A DNA stretch of 64,000 nucleotides from Acidobacteriota bacterium (GCA_965205505.1 CBDBHB010000008.1:352001-416000); one strand, 5' to 3'. Counted from the first letter of the stretch, positions 44,443-55,123 are shown. Notes: generated by a model not told the origin, from the sequence alone. A program made the numbers and translations.

Positions 44443-45939
44443 GTGCAAGATACCTGGAATCGGGTGACCGAGATGCTGGGCGGCAATCTGCCAACGCTGC
44501 TGGCCGCGCTTGCCGTGTTGGTGGTGGGGTGGCTGCTGGCGTTCGTGGCGGCTGCCGTCGTGCGCAGTGTCATGAAGCGTACCCAGCTCGACGACCGGCT
44601 GGCGCTGTGGATCGGCGACGACGACACGCTGCCGCACGACGCCTTCGCGCGCTGGATTCCACGCCTTGTCTACTATGTCGTGCTGCTGTTCGTGCTGGTG
44701 GCGTTCCTGCGCACGCTCGGGCTGGCCATCGTCACGGAACCTCTCAACGCACTGCTGAGCGAGATCTTCGAATTTACGCCTCGCATCGCCGGCGCTATCG
44801 CGTTGCTAACAGCGGCCTGGATCATCGGCACCGTGTTGAGGCTGGCCGTTTCGCGCATTCTTCAGGCGTCGAACTTTGAGGGGCGCCTGGGCTCCGCCGC
44901 GGCGCTCGACAGCTCTCGTCAGATGTCGATCGCCAGGACCCTGGGCGACTCGATCTACTGGCTCATCTTCCTGTTGTTCTTGCCGGCAGTTCTCGACACC
45001 TTGAACCTGCAGGGGCTCCTCGCACCGGTGCAAACGATGATGGATCGGGTTCTGGGATTCCTGCCGAACCTGTTTGCCGCAGCGTTGATTGCCGGCGTTG
45101 GGTGGTTCGTCGCCCGCATCCTGCAGCAGATCGTCTCGAACCTCCTCGCCGCTCTCGGCGTCGATCAACTGGGCGAGAACCTCGGCCTCGGAACACTACT
45201 TGGTCAGCAACGACTGTCGAGCGTCGTCGGGTTGATCGTTTACATCCTCATCCTGATTCCGGTGTTTCTGGCCGGGCTCGATGCGCTACAGCTGCGAGCC
45301 ATCACGCAGCCCGCCAGCAATATGCTGGATGCCATCCTGCAGGCGATCCCGCTGGTGTTCGCCGCCGGCTTGCTGCTGTTCATCGCCTACATCGTGGGTC
45401 GAGTCGTCGCCGGGTTGATCGCCAACCTGCTCGCCGGCGTCGGCTTCAACCATCTGCTCGCCCAGCTGGGCGTCGGACCTAGCGTCGAGGAAGGCGAGCG
45501 TAGCGCGTCGGAGATCGCCGGCTACCTCGTGCAGGTATCGATCGTGCTCTTCGCCTCGGTTGAGGCGTCTCGGTTGCTCGGTTTCGATGTGCTTGCCAAC
45601 CTCGTGGCGCAGTTCCTGGTCTTCGCCAGCCAGGTAGCTCTCGGGTTGGTAATCTTCGCCGTCGGGCTGTACCTGGCGAATCTGGCCGCACGAGTGATCC
45701 ATTCGAGCGACGCGGCGCAGGCAAACCTACTGGCGTTGGCAGCTCGGGTCTCCATCCTCACGCTGGCCGGCGCCATGGCAATGAGCCAGATGGGACTCGC
45801 CAGCGACATCATCAACCTCGCGTTCGGCATCATCCTCGGCGCCATCGCGCTGTCTATGGCGCTCGCCTTCGGCATCGGCGGTCGCGAGGTGGCGGCTCGC
45901 CAGCTCGAGGAATGGAAACGCCATTGGGACGATCGCTGA
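44443..45939 (+). CDS. Conserved TM-helix repeat protein (MscS/CmpX-associated)
   Basis: Repeated FLPNLFAAALI-type units; C-terminal ALAFGIGGRE. Confidence 0.85.
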   Translation: MQDTWNRVTEMLGGNLPTLLAALAVLVVGWLLAFVAAAVVRSVMKRTQLDDRLALWIGDDDTLPHDAFARWIPRLVYYVVLLFVLVAFLRTLGLAIVTEPLNALLSEIFEFTPRIAGAIALLTAAWIIGTVLRLAVSRILQASNFEGRLGSAAALDSSRQMSIARTLGDSIYWLIFLLFLPAVLDTLNLQGLLAPVQTMMDRVLGFLPNLFAAALIAGVGWFVARILQQIVSNLLAALGVDQLGENLGLGTLLGQQRLSSVVGLIVYILILIPVFLAGLDALQLRAITQPASNMLDAILQAIPLVFAAGLLLFIAYIVGRVVAGLIANLLAGVGFNHLLAQLGVGPSVEEGERSASEIAGYLVQVSIVLFASVEASRLLGFDVLANLVAQFLVFASQVALGLVIFAVGLYLANLAARVIHSSDAAQANLLALAARVSILTLAGAMAMSQMGLASDIINLAFGIILGAIALSMALAFGIGGREVAARQLEEWKRHWDDR

Positions 45940-47270
45940 GATCGACGCTCGCCTGGCTGCTCGCCGCAGGCGTGGTAGCGAGCACGGCCTGTGGCCGCGC
46001 CCGTCCGCAGGTCGTTCCCGGCGAGAACCCGGGGATCGCCACGGCTCCCAGGGGGCTGGCGGAGTCGCTAGGGGCGGCGTTCGATGCCTATCGCTCGCCT
46101 GGCCTGGAACAACGGCAATTCGATCCGGCGCACTACTGGCGGACGCTGCTTGCCGTCGTCGATGGCGCGCCGGATCGATTTGACGTCGCACCGATCGGCA
46201 CTAGCGTCGAGGGCCGACCGCTGCGCCGCATCGACTTCGGACGCGGCGACACCACGGTAATGCTGTGGTCACAGATGCACGGCAACGAGTCGACCGCGTC
46301 GCGGGCCCTGATCGACGTGCTGCGCTTCCTGCTCGACAACCGCCGGCATCCAATGGTGCGCCGCATCGAGAGGCAGCTCGCCGTGACAATCGTACCCGTG
46401 GTCAACCCTGACGGAGCGGCGCGCTTCGTTCGCCAAAACGCTCTCGGGATCGACCTGAACCGCGATGCCCGCCGGCTGGCCACGCCGGAGGCGCGGGCGC
46501 TCAAGGCGGTGCGCGACGACATCGACGCCGACTGGGGCTTCAACCTGCACGACCAGAACGTACGCACGCGGCTCGGCAACACCGGCCGCGATGTGCGCAT
46601 TGCCCTTCTGGCACCACCTCCGGGGCCCGGTGAGGTCACCGACGTGAACCGCGCCGCGCGACGCATGTGTTCCCTCCTGGCCAGCGCTCTCGAGCCGATC
46701 GTCGACGATCAGGTGGCACGCTACGACGAGGGGTTCAATCCGCGCGCCTTCGGCGATTCGATGGCGCGCTGGGGAACGTCCGTCGTGTTGATCGAGTCCG
46801 GTGGCGAGCTTGGTGACCCACACAAGGAGACGCTGCGCCGCGCCAACTACGTGGCTCTGCTGGTCGCCCTCGACGCGATTGCCAGCGGCAGCTGGGCCGA
46901 CGTCCCCCCGCAGCGCTATCTCGATCTGCCGCTCAACACCGCGTGGGTCTACGACCTGATCGTTCGCGGTGGGTCGATCGTGCTACCGGGGCGTGAGCCG
47001 GTGATGGCCGACTTCGCGATCAACTATGCCGACACGCTGTCCAAGACCGGCGGCGCGATAGTCGAGGTGGGCGACCTCGAGGAGGCCAACGCGCTCGAAA
47101 CCATCGATGCCACGGGGCTCTTTTTCTTGCCCGCCGCGGCCAGCCTTTCTCAGGAAGGCGGGCCGCACCTGCGTATCGGCGACCCCGCCGATGGGCTGCT
47201 CGCACGCGACGTGCGGGGCACCGAAGTCGAGTGGCGCTTCGGCAATGAGCTCGCGACTCAACAGCGCTAG
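45912..47270 (+). CDS. M14 zinc carboxypeptidase family lipoprotein
   Basis: STAC lipobox, SQMHGNE, NPDG, DLNRD, FNLHDQ. Confidence 0.88.
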   Translation: METPLGRSLRSTLAWLLAAGVVASTACGRARPQVVPGENPGIATAPRGLAESLGAAFDAYRSPGLEQRQFDPAHYWRTLLAVVDGAPDRFDVAPIGTSVEGRPLRRIDFGRGDTTVMLWSQMHGNESTASRALIDVLRFLLDNRRHPMVRRIERQLAVTIVPVVNPDGAARFVRQNALGIDLNRDARRLATPEARALKAVRDDIDADWGFNLHDQNVRTRLGNTGRDVRIALLAPPPGPGEVTDVNRAARRMCSLLASALEPIVDDQVARYDEGFNPRAFGDSMARWGTSVVLIESGGELGDPHKETLRRANYVALLVALDAIASGSWADVPPQRYLDLPLNTAWVYDLIVRGGSIVLPGREPVMADFAINYADTLSKTGGAIVEVGDLEEANALETIDATGLFFLPAAASLSQEGGPHLRIGDPADGLLARDVRGTEVEWRFGNELATQQR

Positions 47271-47280
47271 CGTGCCGGGG

Positions 47281-48681
47281 TCAGTCTAGCTGGAAGCCGT
47301 CTCCGAGCTCCGGCACCACCACGTCCGCGCTGTGCTCGTCGCGCAAAGCACGCCCGAGCGCCGCCGCGGCCTTGGCTTCGCCGTGTACGACAAAGGTACG
47401 CTTCGGCACTGCGCCGAGGCTACTGAACCAATCGAGCAGGCCGGAGCGGTCAGCGTGCGCCGAAAAGCCCCGAATGCTCTCGATGCGCGCCCGAACCGGG
47501 TACCAGTCGCCAAAGATCCGCACCGGATCGATCCCCGACTGAATGACGTGCCCGAGCGTCCCACGTGCCTGGTAGCCGACGAACAGCACGGTAGATCGCG
47601 GGTCCGAGATGTTGTGCTTCAGGTGGTGCTTGACGCGTCCGGCAGTGCACATGCCCGATGCCGAGATGATGACCGCCGGATACCGGCTTTCGTTGATCGC
47701 CTTGGATTCGTCGACGCTGGTTACCAGCCTGAGGCCCTCAAACTGGAGCGGCTTGTCGCCCGAGCAATACAGGCGGCGTGCCTCCTTGGAGTAGGCCTCG
47801 GGGAATCGTGTAAACACGTGGGTCGCCTCGACCGCCATCGGCGAATCGACGAACACCGGTATCCCCTGCAGCCGACCGGACTCGACCAGATCGTTGAGCC
47901 GCGCCAGGATCTCCTGCGTCCGCCCGACCGCGAACGACGGCACCACGACCTTTCCTCCCTTGCTCGCGGTGCGACTGACGATGTCGTAGAGCAACTCGGT
48001 GGGATCCTCCGCGGCGTCACGATCGCGATCGCCATAGGTCGACTCGAGGATCATCACCTCCGCCGCCTCGACCGGCGCCGGCCGCGACAGCAAGCGCGCG
48101 CCGTCGACACCGAGATCACCGGAAAACGTCAAGTGGCGGCAATCGTCCCCGTCATCGATCTCGAGCTCCACGATGCTGGCACCGAGGATGTGCCCAGCCA
48201 TCGCGAACCGCACCCGCCCGATGCCATCCAGATGCTTCCAACGATCGAACTCAGTCTCGACGAACAGGCGGAGGGCCGCCGCCGCATCGTCGGCGGTGTA
48301 CAGCGGGGTGATGCCCGAGGCGTCCTTGCCGCGCTTCTTTAGCCGCTTGATCGTCCAGCGCGCGTCTTCCTCGTGAATATGTGCCGAGTCGGCGAGAAGA
48401 ATCTTGGCGAGCGCCACGCTGGCAGCGGTAGCGTAGATCGGACCCGTGAAACCATCGCGCACCAGCAGTGGCAGGCGGCCGCAATGATCGATATGGGCGT
48501 GCGATAGCAGCACCACATCGATCGAGGCCGGGTCGAACGGGAACGGTGCGCGGTTGCGCTCGTGCCGCTCCTTGCCACCCTGAATCATGCCGCAATCCAT
48601 CAGCACGCGGCCGGCGGTGGTCTCGATCAGATGGCAAGAGCCGGTAACTTCACGCGCCGCGCCGTGGAAGGAGATACGCAT
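47281..48681 (-). CDS. MBL-fold beta-CASP ribonuclease-like hydrolase
   Basis: SHAHIDHCG, AGHILG, ESTYG, FSAHAD, VVHGE. Confidence 0.93.
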   Translation of the reverse strand: MRISFHGAAREVTGSCHLIETTAGRVLMDCGMIQGGKERHERNRAPFPFDPASIDVVLLSHAHIDHCGRLPLLVRDGFTGPIYATAASVALAKILLADSAHIHEEDARWTIKRLKKRGKDASGITPLYTADDAAAALRLFVETEFDRWKHLDGIGRVRFAMAGHILGASIVELEIDDGDDCRHLTFSGDLGVDGARLLSRPAPVEAAEVMILESTYGDRDRDAAEDPTELLYDIVSRTASKGGKVVVPSFAVGRTQEILARLNDLVESGRLQGIPVFVDSPMAVEATHVFTRFPEAYSKEARRLYCSGDKPLQFEGLRLVTSVDESKAINESRYPAVIISASGMCTAGRVKHHLKHNISDPRSTVLFVGYQARGTLGHVIQSGIDPVRIFGDWYPVRARIESIRGFSAHADRSGLLDWFSSLGAVPKRTFVVHGEAKAAAALGRALRDEHSADVVVPELGDGFQLD

Positions 48682-48761
48682 CAACGCCTCAACACACGAC
48701 GACCGCACCCACTGCTACGCGGCAGCGGATGCGGTCTCGAAGATCGGTAGGGAACGCCGGC

Positions 48762-48965
48762 TCAGTCAACCCCGAAGGCGATCTTGACGGTCGTCTTGTA
48801 GCTGACGATCTCGCCTCCCTCGACCTTGGCGGTCATGTGCTCGACCTCGACACCGGTGATGTTGTTGACAGTCTTGGACGCCGTGCGCACCGCATTTTCC
48901 GCCGCCTCGTCCCAGCTCTTGGGGGACGAGCCCACGATCTCGATAATCTTGGCAATATCTGCCAT
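48762..48965 (-). CDS. Dodecin family protein
   Basis: GGAGG RBS; KIIEIVGSSPKSWDEAAENAV...VKIAF. Confidence 0.9.
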   Translation of the reverse strand: MADIAKIIEIVGSSPKSWDEAAENAVRTASKTVNNITGVEVEHMTAKVEGGEIVSYKTTVKIAFGVD

Positions 48966-49099
48966 TGCTGCCTCCTGAAGGTGGGCTCCGAAAAGCCAGG
49001 CCACGCCGCAACGCCGGGGCGCGGGCGCGCATCATAACATAGGGGTTTCGACCCCAAAGTGGCCCATCCTCGACCCCGCAACGACGCTCACGGAGCCCG

Positions 49100-50464
49100 A
49101 TGAAACACGCGCTCATGGCCCTCGAACGCATGGGGCTGTCGACGGATCTTTACGAGCTGACGATGGCGCAAGCGTTCCTCGAGGCCGACCTCGTCGAGCG
49201 CCAGGCCACCTTCGATCTGAGTGTGCGCGCGCTGCCGAGCGAGCGCGGCTACCTGATCGCTGCCGGGCTCGAACAGGCGCTGGCCTACATACGCGACCTT
49301 CGGTTCCGGCCCGAGGCGCTCGCCTATCTCGAGGGCTCGGGGCACTTTCAACAGAAATTCGTCGACTACCTGGCGTCGATGCGCTTCACGGGCTCGGTCG
49401 ATGCCATACTCGAGGGGACTGTCTACTTCCCACCCGGTCCCTTGCTTCGCATCACCGCACCGATCATCGAGGCGCAGATCCTCGAGACCTACCTGCTGAC
49501 CACGCTGACGTTTCAATCCGTGGTCGCCTCGAAAGCCTCGCGCGTCGTCGGTGCCGCCGACGGTCGCGCCGTCATCGACTTTTCACCGCGGCGCGACCAC
49601 GGACCCCAGGCCGGGCTGCTGGCAGCGCGAGCGTCGTACATCGGAGGCTGTATCGGCACCTCGAACGTGCTCGCCAACGATCACTTCGGGATCCCGATCT
49701 TCGGCACCATGGCGCATTCGTTCGTGATGTTTCACCGCGACGAGGAAGAGGCGTTCCGGGTGTTCTCGCGCTCGTATCCAAACGATCCCACCTTACTCAT
49801 CGATACGTTCGACACGCTCGAAGGCGCACGAATAGCGGTAAAGCTGCTGCCGGAGCTGGCGGCACGAGGTCAGCGTCTTGCCGCCGTTCGACTGGACTCC
49901 GGCGACCTGCTCGAGCTTTCCATGCAGGTGCGCGAGATCCTCGACGCTGGCGGCGCCGCCGACACGCAGATCTTCGCCAGCGGCGACCTCGACGAGCACA
50001 AGATCGCCCGCCTGGTGGCCGACGGCGCCCGCATCGACGGCTTCGGAGTGGGCACTCAGCTCGGCACCAGCGGCGACGCCCCGACCCTCTCGAGTACCTA
50101 CAAGCTGGTGGCCTGCGAGGGCGACGGGGGCAGCGAAGTTCCGGTGATCAAGCTCAGCGCCGCCAAAGTATCGCTGCCCGGCCGCAAGCAGATATGGCGC
50201 CGGCACGACGATGACGGCGGGTTCATTGGCGACACCGTGGGGATGGAGGACGAGGATCTGCCAGGCAGTCCACTGCTGGTGCCGTACATGGCCAACGGCC
50301 GGCTGTTGCGGCGCGCGCCGGCGCTCGAGGAAATCCGCGCCCGAGCTACCGATCAAGTTGCCAGGCTGCCCGTCGGAGCTCGCAAGCTACGCGATCCGGA
50401 AGCCTATCCGGTAGAGATCTCTGACGGCCTGGCGGCTCTGATGGAGCAACTCCAGCGACGCTGA
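49100..50464 (+). CDS. pncB: Nicotinate phosphoribosyltransferase
   Basis: TDLYELTM, GTMAHS, LIDTFD, VRLDSGD, FGVGT. Confidence 0.94.
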   Translation: MKHALMALERMGLSTDLYELTMAQAFLEADLVERQATFDLSVRALPSERGYLIAAGLEQALAYIRDLRFRPEALAYLEGSGHFQQKFVDYLASMRFTGSVDAILEGTVYFPPGPLLRITAPIIEAQILETYLLTTLTFQSVVASKASRVVGAADGRAVIDFSPRRDHGPQAGLLAARASYIGGCIGTSNVLANDHFGIPIFGTMAHSFVMFHRDEEEAFRVFSRSYPNDPTLLIDTFDTLEGARIAVKLLPELAARGQRLAAVRLDSGDLLELSMQVREILDAGGAADTQIFASGDLDEHKIARLVADGARIDGFGVGTQLGTSGDAPTLSSTYKLVACEGDGGSEVPVIKLSAAKVSLPGRKQIWRRHDDDGGFIGDTVGMEDEDLPGSPLLVPYMANGRLLRRAPALEEIRARATDQVARLPVGARKLRDPEAYPVEISDGLAALMEQLQRR

Positions 50465-50647
50465 GAACAATCGCCGCTCACGGCCGTGCACGGAACGTGG
50501 GCGACCCGGCACCAGCCCTTGCAGGCGATTTGTGGGGCCGTCGAGTAGACAGTACGATGGGCTTCGATGGGTGGAGACGCCGCTCAACCTGTGGGGGCGG
50601 GGCGTTATCGATCCGTCGAGGCCGCCGCGCGTGCACGGATGTGAGCA

Positions 50648-51802
50648 ATGACCGAGACGAAGGTCGAGAGCGAACCGAAGAAAGTCGCCGGACTTGCCGG
50701 CATCATCGCTGGCAAGTCGTCGGTCGGGTTCATCGACGGCAAGGTCGGAGACCTCCGTTACTTCGGTTACGACATTCACGAGCTCGCCGAGCACTCAACG
50801 TTCGAGGAAACCGTTTACCTGCTGTGGCACGGCGATCTGCCGTCGCGCGCCGACCTCGCCGACTTCACGACGTCACTTGCCGCTCAGCGCCCGGTGCACC
50901 CGGCCGTCCTCGACTTCATTGCCGCCGCACCCCCCGACGCCACGCCGATGGGTCTGCTGCGAACTGCCGTCTCGGCACTCGGGCACTACGACCCCGACGC
51001 CGAGGACATGTCCGTTGCCGCCAACAAGCGCAAGGCGGGACGGCTCACGGCGCAGCTCGCCACGTTGGTGGCGGCGATTCACCGTGGACGACTGGGCCTC
51101 GAGACGGTGGCGCCGGACCCGGCACTCGGCCACGCCGCCAACTTCCTCTACATGCTGAACGGCGAGCGCGCCGACCCCACCACGACACGCGCCTTGGACG
51201 TCGCGTTGGTGTTGCACGCCGACCACGGCTTCAACGCCTCGACGTTCTCCGCCAAGGTTACGGCGGCGACACTCTCGGACATGCACTCGGCCGTGACCTC
51301 GGCGGTCGGCACCCTGAAGGGCCCCCTGCACGGCGGTGCCAACCAACGCGTGCGCGCCATGCTTGACGATATCGGCACAGTGGAGCGAGTCGAGGAGTGG
51401 GTCGATGCCGAGCTCGAAGCCAAGCGCAAAATCATGGGATTCGGCCACCGCGTGTACAAGGTGGAGGATCCGCGAGCCCGCCATTTGCGCGAGCACGCGC
51501 GGGCGCTCCAGGGCGCCGCGGACGGCAGCCACACGGACCTGGTGGGAATCTCACAGCGAGTGATAGAGGTCGTGGCCGAGCGCAAGGGCCTTGCAGTCAA
51601 CGTCGATTTCTGGTCGGCCAGCCTGTACTCGTACCTCGGGGTTCCCCCCGACCTGTTCCCGATGATCTTCGCGCTCTCGCGCATCTCCGGCTGGACGACG
51701 CATGTGATGGAGCAATACGCCGACAACAAGTTGATTCGTCCGCGCGCCGAGTACATCGGGCCTGCACATCGCGCCTACGTCCTGGTCGCTGACCGGGGTT
51801 AG
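50648..51802 (+). CDS. Citrate synthase / 2-methylcitrate synthase (CitZ/PrpC type)
   Basis: LHADHGFNAST, GPLHGGAN, MGFGHRVYK..DPR, NVDF. Confidence 0.95.
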   Translation: MTETKVESEPKKVAGLAGIIAGKSSVGFIDGKVGDLRYFGYDIHELAEHSTFEETVYLLWHGDLPSRADLADFTTSLAAQRPVHPAVLDFIAAAPPDATPMGLLRTAVSALGHYDPDAEDMSVAANKRKAGRLTAQLATLVAAIHRGRLGLETVAPDPALGHAANFLYMLNGERADPTTTRALDVALVLHADHGFNASTFSAKVTAATLSDMHSAVTSAVGTLKGPLHGGANQRVRAMLDDIGTVERVEEWVDAELEAKRKIMGFGHRVYKVEDPRARHLREHARALQGAADGSHTDLVGISQRVIEVVAERKGLAVNVDFWSASLYSYLGVPPDLFPMIFALSRISGWTTHVMEQYADNKLIRPRAEYIGPAHRAYVLVADRG

Positions 51803-51835
51803 TGTCCTGTTACAGGCCACTTCTATGAGAAGGCC

Positions 51836-52081
51836 TAGTTCGGTCAAGGGCAATGTGGTGCCCAGCGAAGAATCGATCTGCACGCCATGCTCCTATTCGC
51901 ACTCTGGTGGACGAGGATTCAGGTCGTCCGGTGCATTCTGGGGTCCGTCCCGATTCGAGGCGCTGCAATCTAGCTGCCGAGCTCGAAGCTCGTAGTGACC
52001 TTCGCAGTCGCCCGGACCGGGCGGTCAGATCGATAACCGTTGGGTCGCGTCGCCCTACCGACCTCCTGGTTGCGGGTTAGT
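51836..52081 (-). ncRNA. Putative seek/bridge RNA in the IS1111 downstream non-coding region
   Basis: Position typical of the IS1111 group; internal loop at 51959-52012 carries segments matching both flanks of the insertion site. Confidence 0.6.
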
Positions 52082-53127
52082 TCATGCTGCTGAAACCTCT
52101 ACAGGTGCGCGCAACGGTTCGTACTCGTCTCCACTCAGCCACAGTCGGTGCAGCACAACGGCGAGCTTACGGGCGACAGCAACTGCTGCCTTTTTGTTGC
52201 CATGAGGACCACCGCGTCCGGCCAGCTTGAGCCCCCAGCGTCTGAGCTCAGTATCGGGCCCGAAGGGGCCCAGGATGTAATGCGCCGAGCCCACCAACAG
52301 GCGTCGGAGCATTTTGTCGCCCGCCTTGGTTATTCGTAGCGCAGGGTCCTTGTCCCCCGACTGCCGTTTCTTCGGTCTCAGTCCCAGGTACGGGCCCACG
52401 GCTCTGGAGGTATTGAACCGCTCCGGCTCCTCGAGCGTCAGCACATACGCCAGTGCGGTCAGAGCTCCGACCCCGGCCACTTGCTGGAGCTGCTGTGTCT
52501 CCGGGTATCGCCCCTGGCACAGCTGCACGATCTGACGCTCGTATTGCTGGATGTTGCCCGTCAGCATGGCGATCGTTTCAAGCACCGGCTCGAGCGCTCC
52601 CTTGAGCCGCTCCGGTATGTGCTCTGGCGCGGTGCGCGCGAACGCCGGCGTCGAGCACCTGGGAATACGACAACCGGCCGACTTGACCGCACCACGCACA
52701 TGGCTCACCAACTGCGTGGGCTCTTTACCAGAGCATCTCGGCTCCGAATCACGGCTAGATCCGCTCGCGCTTGTCTGCCTCGATGCTGCACCGTCTTAAG
52801 CAGCTTTGGGTCCATTCTGCCCACTCGTGCCAGGTGCTCGGCATCCAACCGGTCGGTCTTGTCGTGCTCGCCATAGATCAGCTTCAGCCGCCTCGGGTTA
52901 GCCACCAGCACCTCATGACCCAGTTGCTTCAACTGCTCACTCATCCACGGCGAGTGCGTTCCAACCTCCAGCACTACTCGAGCGGGCTCCTCGCACCCGA
53001 ACCGCCTCGCCAGCCCCTCCGGGCTCGTCCTCACCCGCCCTTCCTCCATCACCCTGCCCTTACTGTCGAGCACGCACATACGGCTGTACCGGTCGCTTAC
53101 GTCCAGTCCAATCGTTACACTCCTCAT
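52082..53127 (-). CDS. IS110 DEDD recombinase/transposase, frameshifted near 52710
   Basis: IGLDVS, VLEVG, KTDRLDA; C-terminal GVGALTA, YLGLRP..RQSG, AVARKL. Confidence 0.9.
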
Positions 53128-53494
53128 CGGCCAACCTCCTTGGGCTTCGAGCCCGTTACGTTTGAAGAAACGTTTGCAGAGCCGTCAGGCTACTGCGTTC
53201 AGGAGGTTGGCCTTCTCATCTCATCTAGCTTGAGCGAGCGGTGCCGAAACACCCTCGTATTGCGGCCACAGTGACCCTGTCTCGCCGCAGTTGCCGATCC
53301 CAGAACGTTGAAGTCCCGTCGGAACGGGGCACTCATGGTCGATCGGTGCGGTTCGCGCTAAGCTTACATATGGAGGGGGCGCTGTTGGGCTCGTCTATTC
53401 ACGAAGCTGTCCCGTCTAAAACACCAGAAACCGGGGTCACGTACCCCGCACCGAACCACGCAACCATGAATCTCGGTCGAGGAGAACAGCGCAA

Positions 53495-55123
53495 ATGAGC
53501 ATCTGGAACAGGACCGGCCTGGCCACCACCGCCACGTTAATCGGCGTGGGGCTGCTCTTGGGGTTGTCGGTGGCTGGGGTTGCGCCCGCCGTCGGCACCG
53601 TGACCCAGCAAACGCAAAACGCCGTGGTCAGCGACGCCCGCATGCCGGACATGGTGCCGCAGGGGCTGTTCGTCGACGTGGCCGATGAGACCAGCCGCGC
53701 GGTGGTGTTCATCGAGGCCGAGCGTCCGCAGCGGCAACAAGCCCGGGGCAGCCGCTTCAACGACTTCTTCGACAACTTCTTCGGCCGTGATCGCGAGAGC
53801 GATGAAGAAGAGCCCGAGCAAGACGAGTTCCAGTTCGAGGATCGTGCCCGGAGCCAGGGCTCCGGTGTGCTCGTCACCGCGGACGGCTACATCCTCACCA
53901 ACGCGCACGTCGTGGCGGTGCTCAACACCGACACCGCAGCGACCGACCTGGCCAGCTCGGTGCGGGTCACTCTGGCCGACGATCAGATCTTCGAGGCATC
54001 GATCATCGGCGCCGACCTGGGCACCGACATCGCGTTGCTCAAGATCGACGCACGGCGTCTTCCCTTCGTCCCGCTCGGCGACTCTGACCTGGTGCGAGTG
54101 GGCGAATGGGTGATGGCTATCGGTGCCCCGTTCGGCCTGCAGAACACCGTCTCCGCCGGCATCGTTTCGGCGCTCGGCCGCGCCAACCTCGGCGGCATGG
54201 CTCAAACGGCGTATCAGAACTTCGTGCAGACCGACGCGGCGATCAACCCCGGCAACTCCGGCGGACCGTTGGTCAACCTGCGCGGCGAGGTGGTGGGGAT
54301 CAACACCGCGATCGCCACCGGCGGTGGCTTCAACCCGACCTTCAGCGGCGTGGGCTTCGCGGTCCCTGCCAACCTGGCTGGCCGGGTGATGGACCAGCTG
54401 CTCGCGCACGGTCACATTATCCGCGGCTACCTGGGCGTAACCGTACAGCAGCTATCGCGTGACCTGATCGAAGGCTATGAGCTTGATCCGATGGTGCGCG
54501 GCGCCATCATCAATACGGTCACTCCCGATGGTCCGGCGCTCGAGGCGGGCGTGGAGCCGGGCGACATCGTTGTGGGCACCGATGGCGTTCCGTTGGAGAG
54601 CCAACCGGACTTCCTGCAGCGCGTCGCCAACAAGGCGCCGGGCGAGCAGATCGTGCTCAACGTGTTGCGCAACGACGAGGACGGCTACGCCGAGGTCGAC
54701 GTCCCCGTGGTGCTCACCGAGCGTCCCGACGAGGCCGAGATTCTGGTCGGCCGGTTGAACGGTGGGCGCGGCGGCAACGATCGCGACGAACGCGACTCGC
54801 CAGACGACCGCGGATCGATGAGTGGCCGCCGGCTGGGTCTACGGGTGATCGAGCTCACCGGTCGACTGACCCGCCAGCTAGACATTCCCTCCGAGGTCGA
54901 GGGCGTTGTGGTGACCGGGGTGGCCCCGAACAGCCCGGCAGCCCGAGCAGGTCTTGATCAGGGCGATGTGATCCGGCGCGTCGGCCGTGTCAGCATCACC
55001 AGCATCGATGAGTTCGACGACGCGATCTCGGCATACGATGACGGCGACGCCGTGTCGATCTACTTCTACGACAGCAGCAGCGGCAGCAGTATCTTCGCGG
55101 CGCTGCGCATGCCACGCGAGTAG
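53495..55123 (+). CDS. HtrA/DegP (Do) serine protease with two PDZ domains
   Basis: GSGV, TNAHVV, DIALLK, INPGNSGGPL. Confidence 0.95.
   Translation: MSIWNRTGLATTATLIGVGLLLGLSVAGVAPAVGTVTQQTQNAVVSDARMPDMVPQGLFVDVADETSRAVVFIEAERPQRQQARGSRFNDFFDNFFGRDRESDEEEPEQDEFQFEDRARSQGSGVLVTADGYILTNAHVVAVLNTDTAATDLASSVRVTLADDQIFEASIIGADLGTDIALLKIDARRLPFVPLGDSDLVRVGEWVMAIGAPFGLQNTVSAGIVSALGRANLGGMAQTAYQNFVQTDAAINPGNSGGPLVNLRGEVVGINTAIATGGGFNPTFSGVGFAVPANLAGRVMDQLLAHGHIIRGYLGVTVQQLSRDLIEGYELDPMVRGAIINTVTPDGPALEAGVEPGDIVVGTDGVPLESQPDFLQRVANKAPGEQIVLNVLRNDEDGYAEVDVPVVLTERPDEAEILVGRLNGGRGGNDRDERDSPDDRGSMSGRRLGLRVIELTGRLTRQLDIPSEVEGVVVTGVAPNSPAARAGLDQGDVIRRVGRVSITSIDEFDDAISAYDDGDAVSIYFYDSSSGSSIFAALRMPRE

Larger units (their letters stand above)
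51822..53226 (-). mobile_element. IS110-family element, IS1111 group; ends approximate
   Basis: Sub-terminal IRs ATGAGAAGGCC (51825-51835 and 53209-53219); long downstream non-coding region; AGA at both junctions. Confidence 0.85.

Noticed and set aside
52700-52730. Programmed frameshift in the IS110 gene
   Set aside because: There is no slippery heptamer and IS110 recombinases are single ORFs; a mutation or sequencing indel is more likely.
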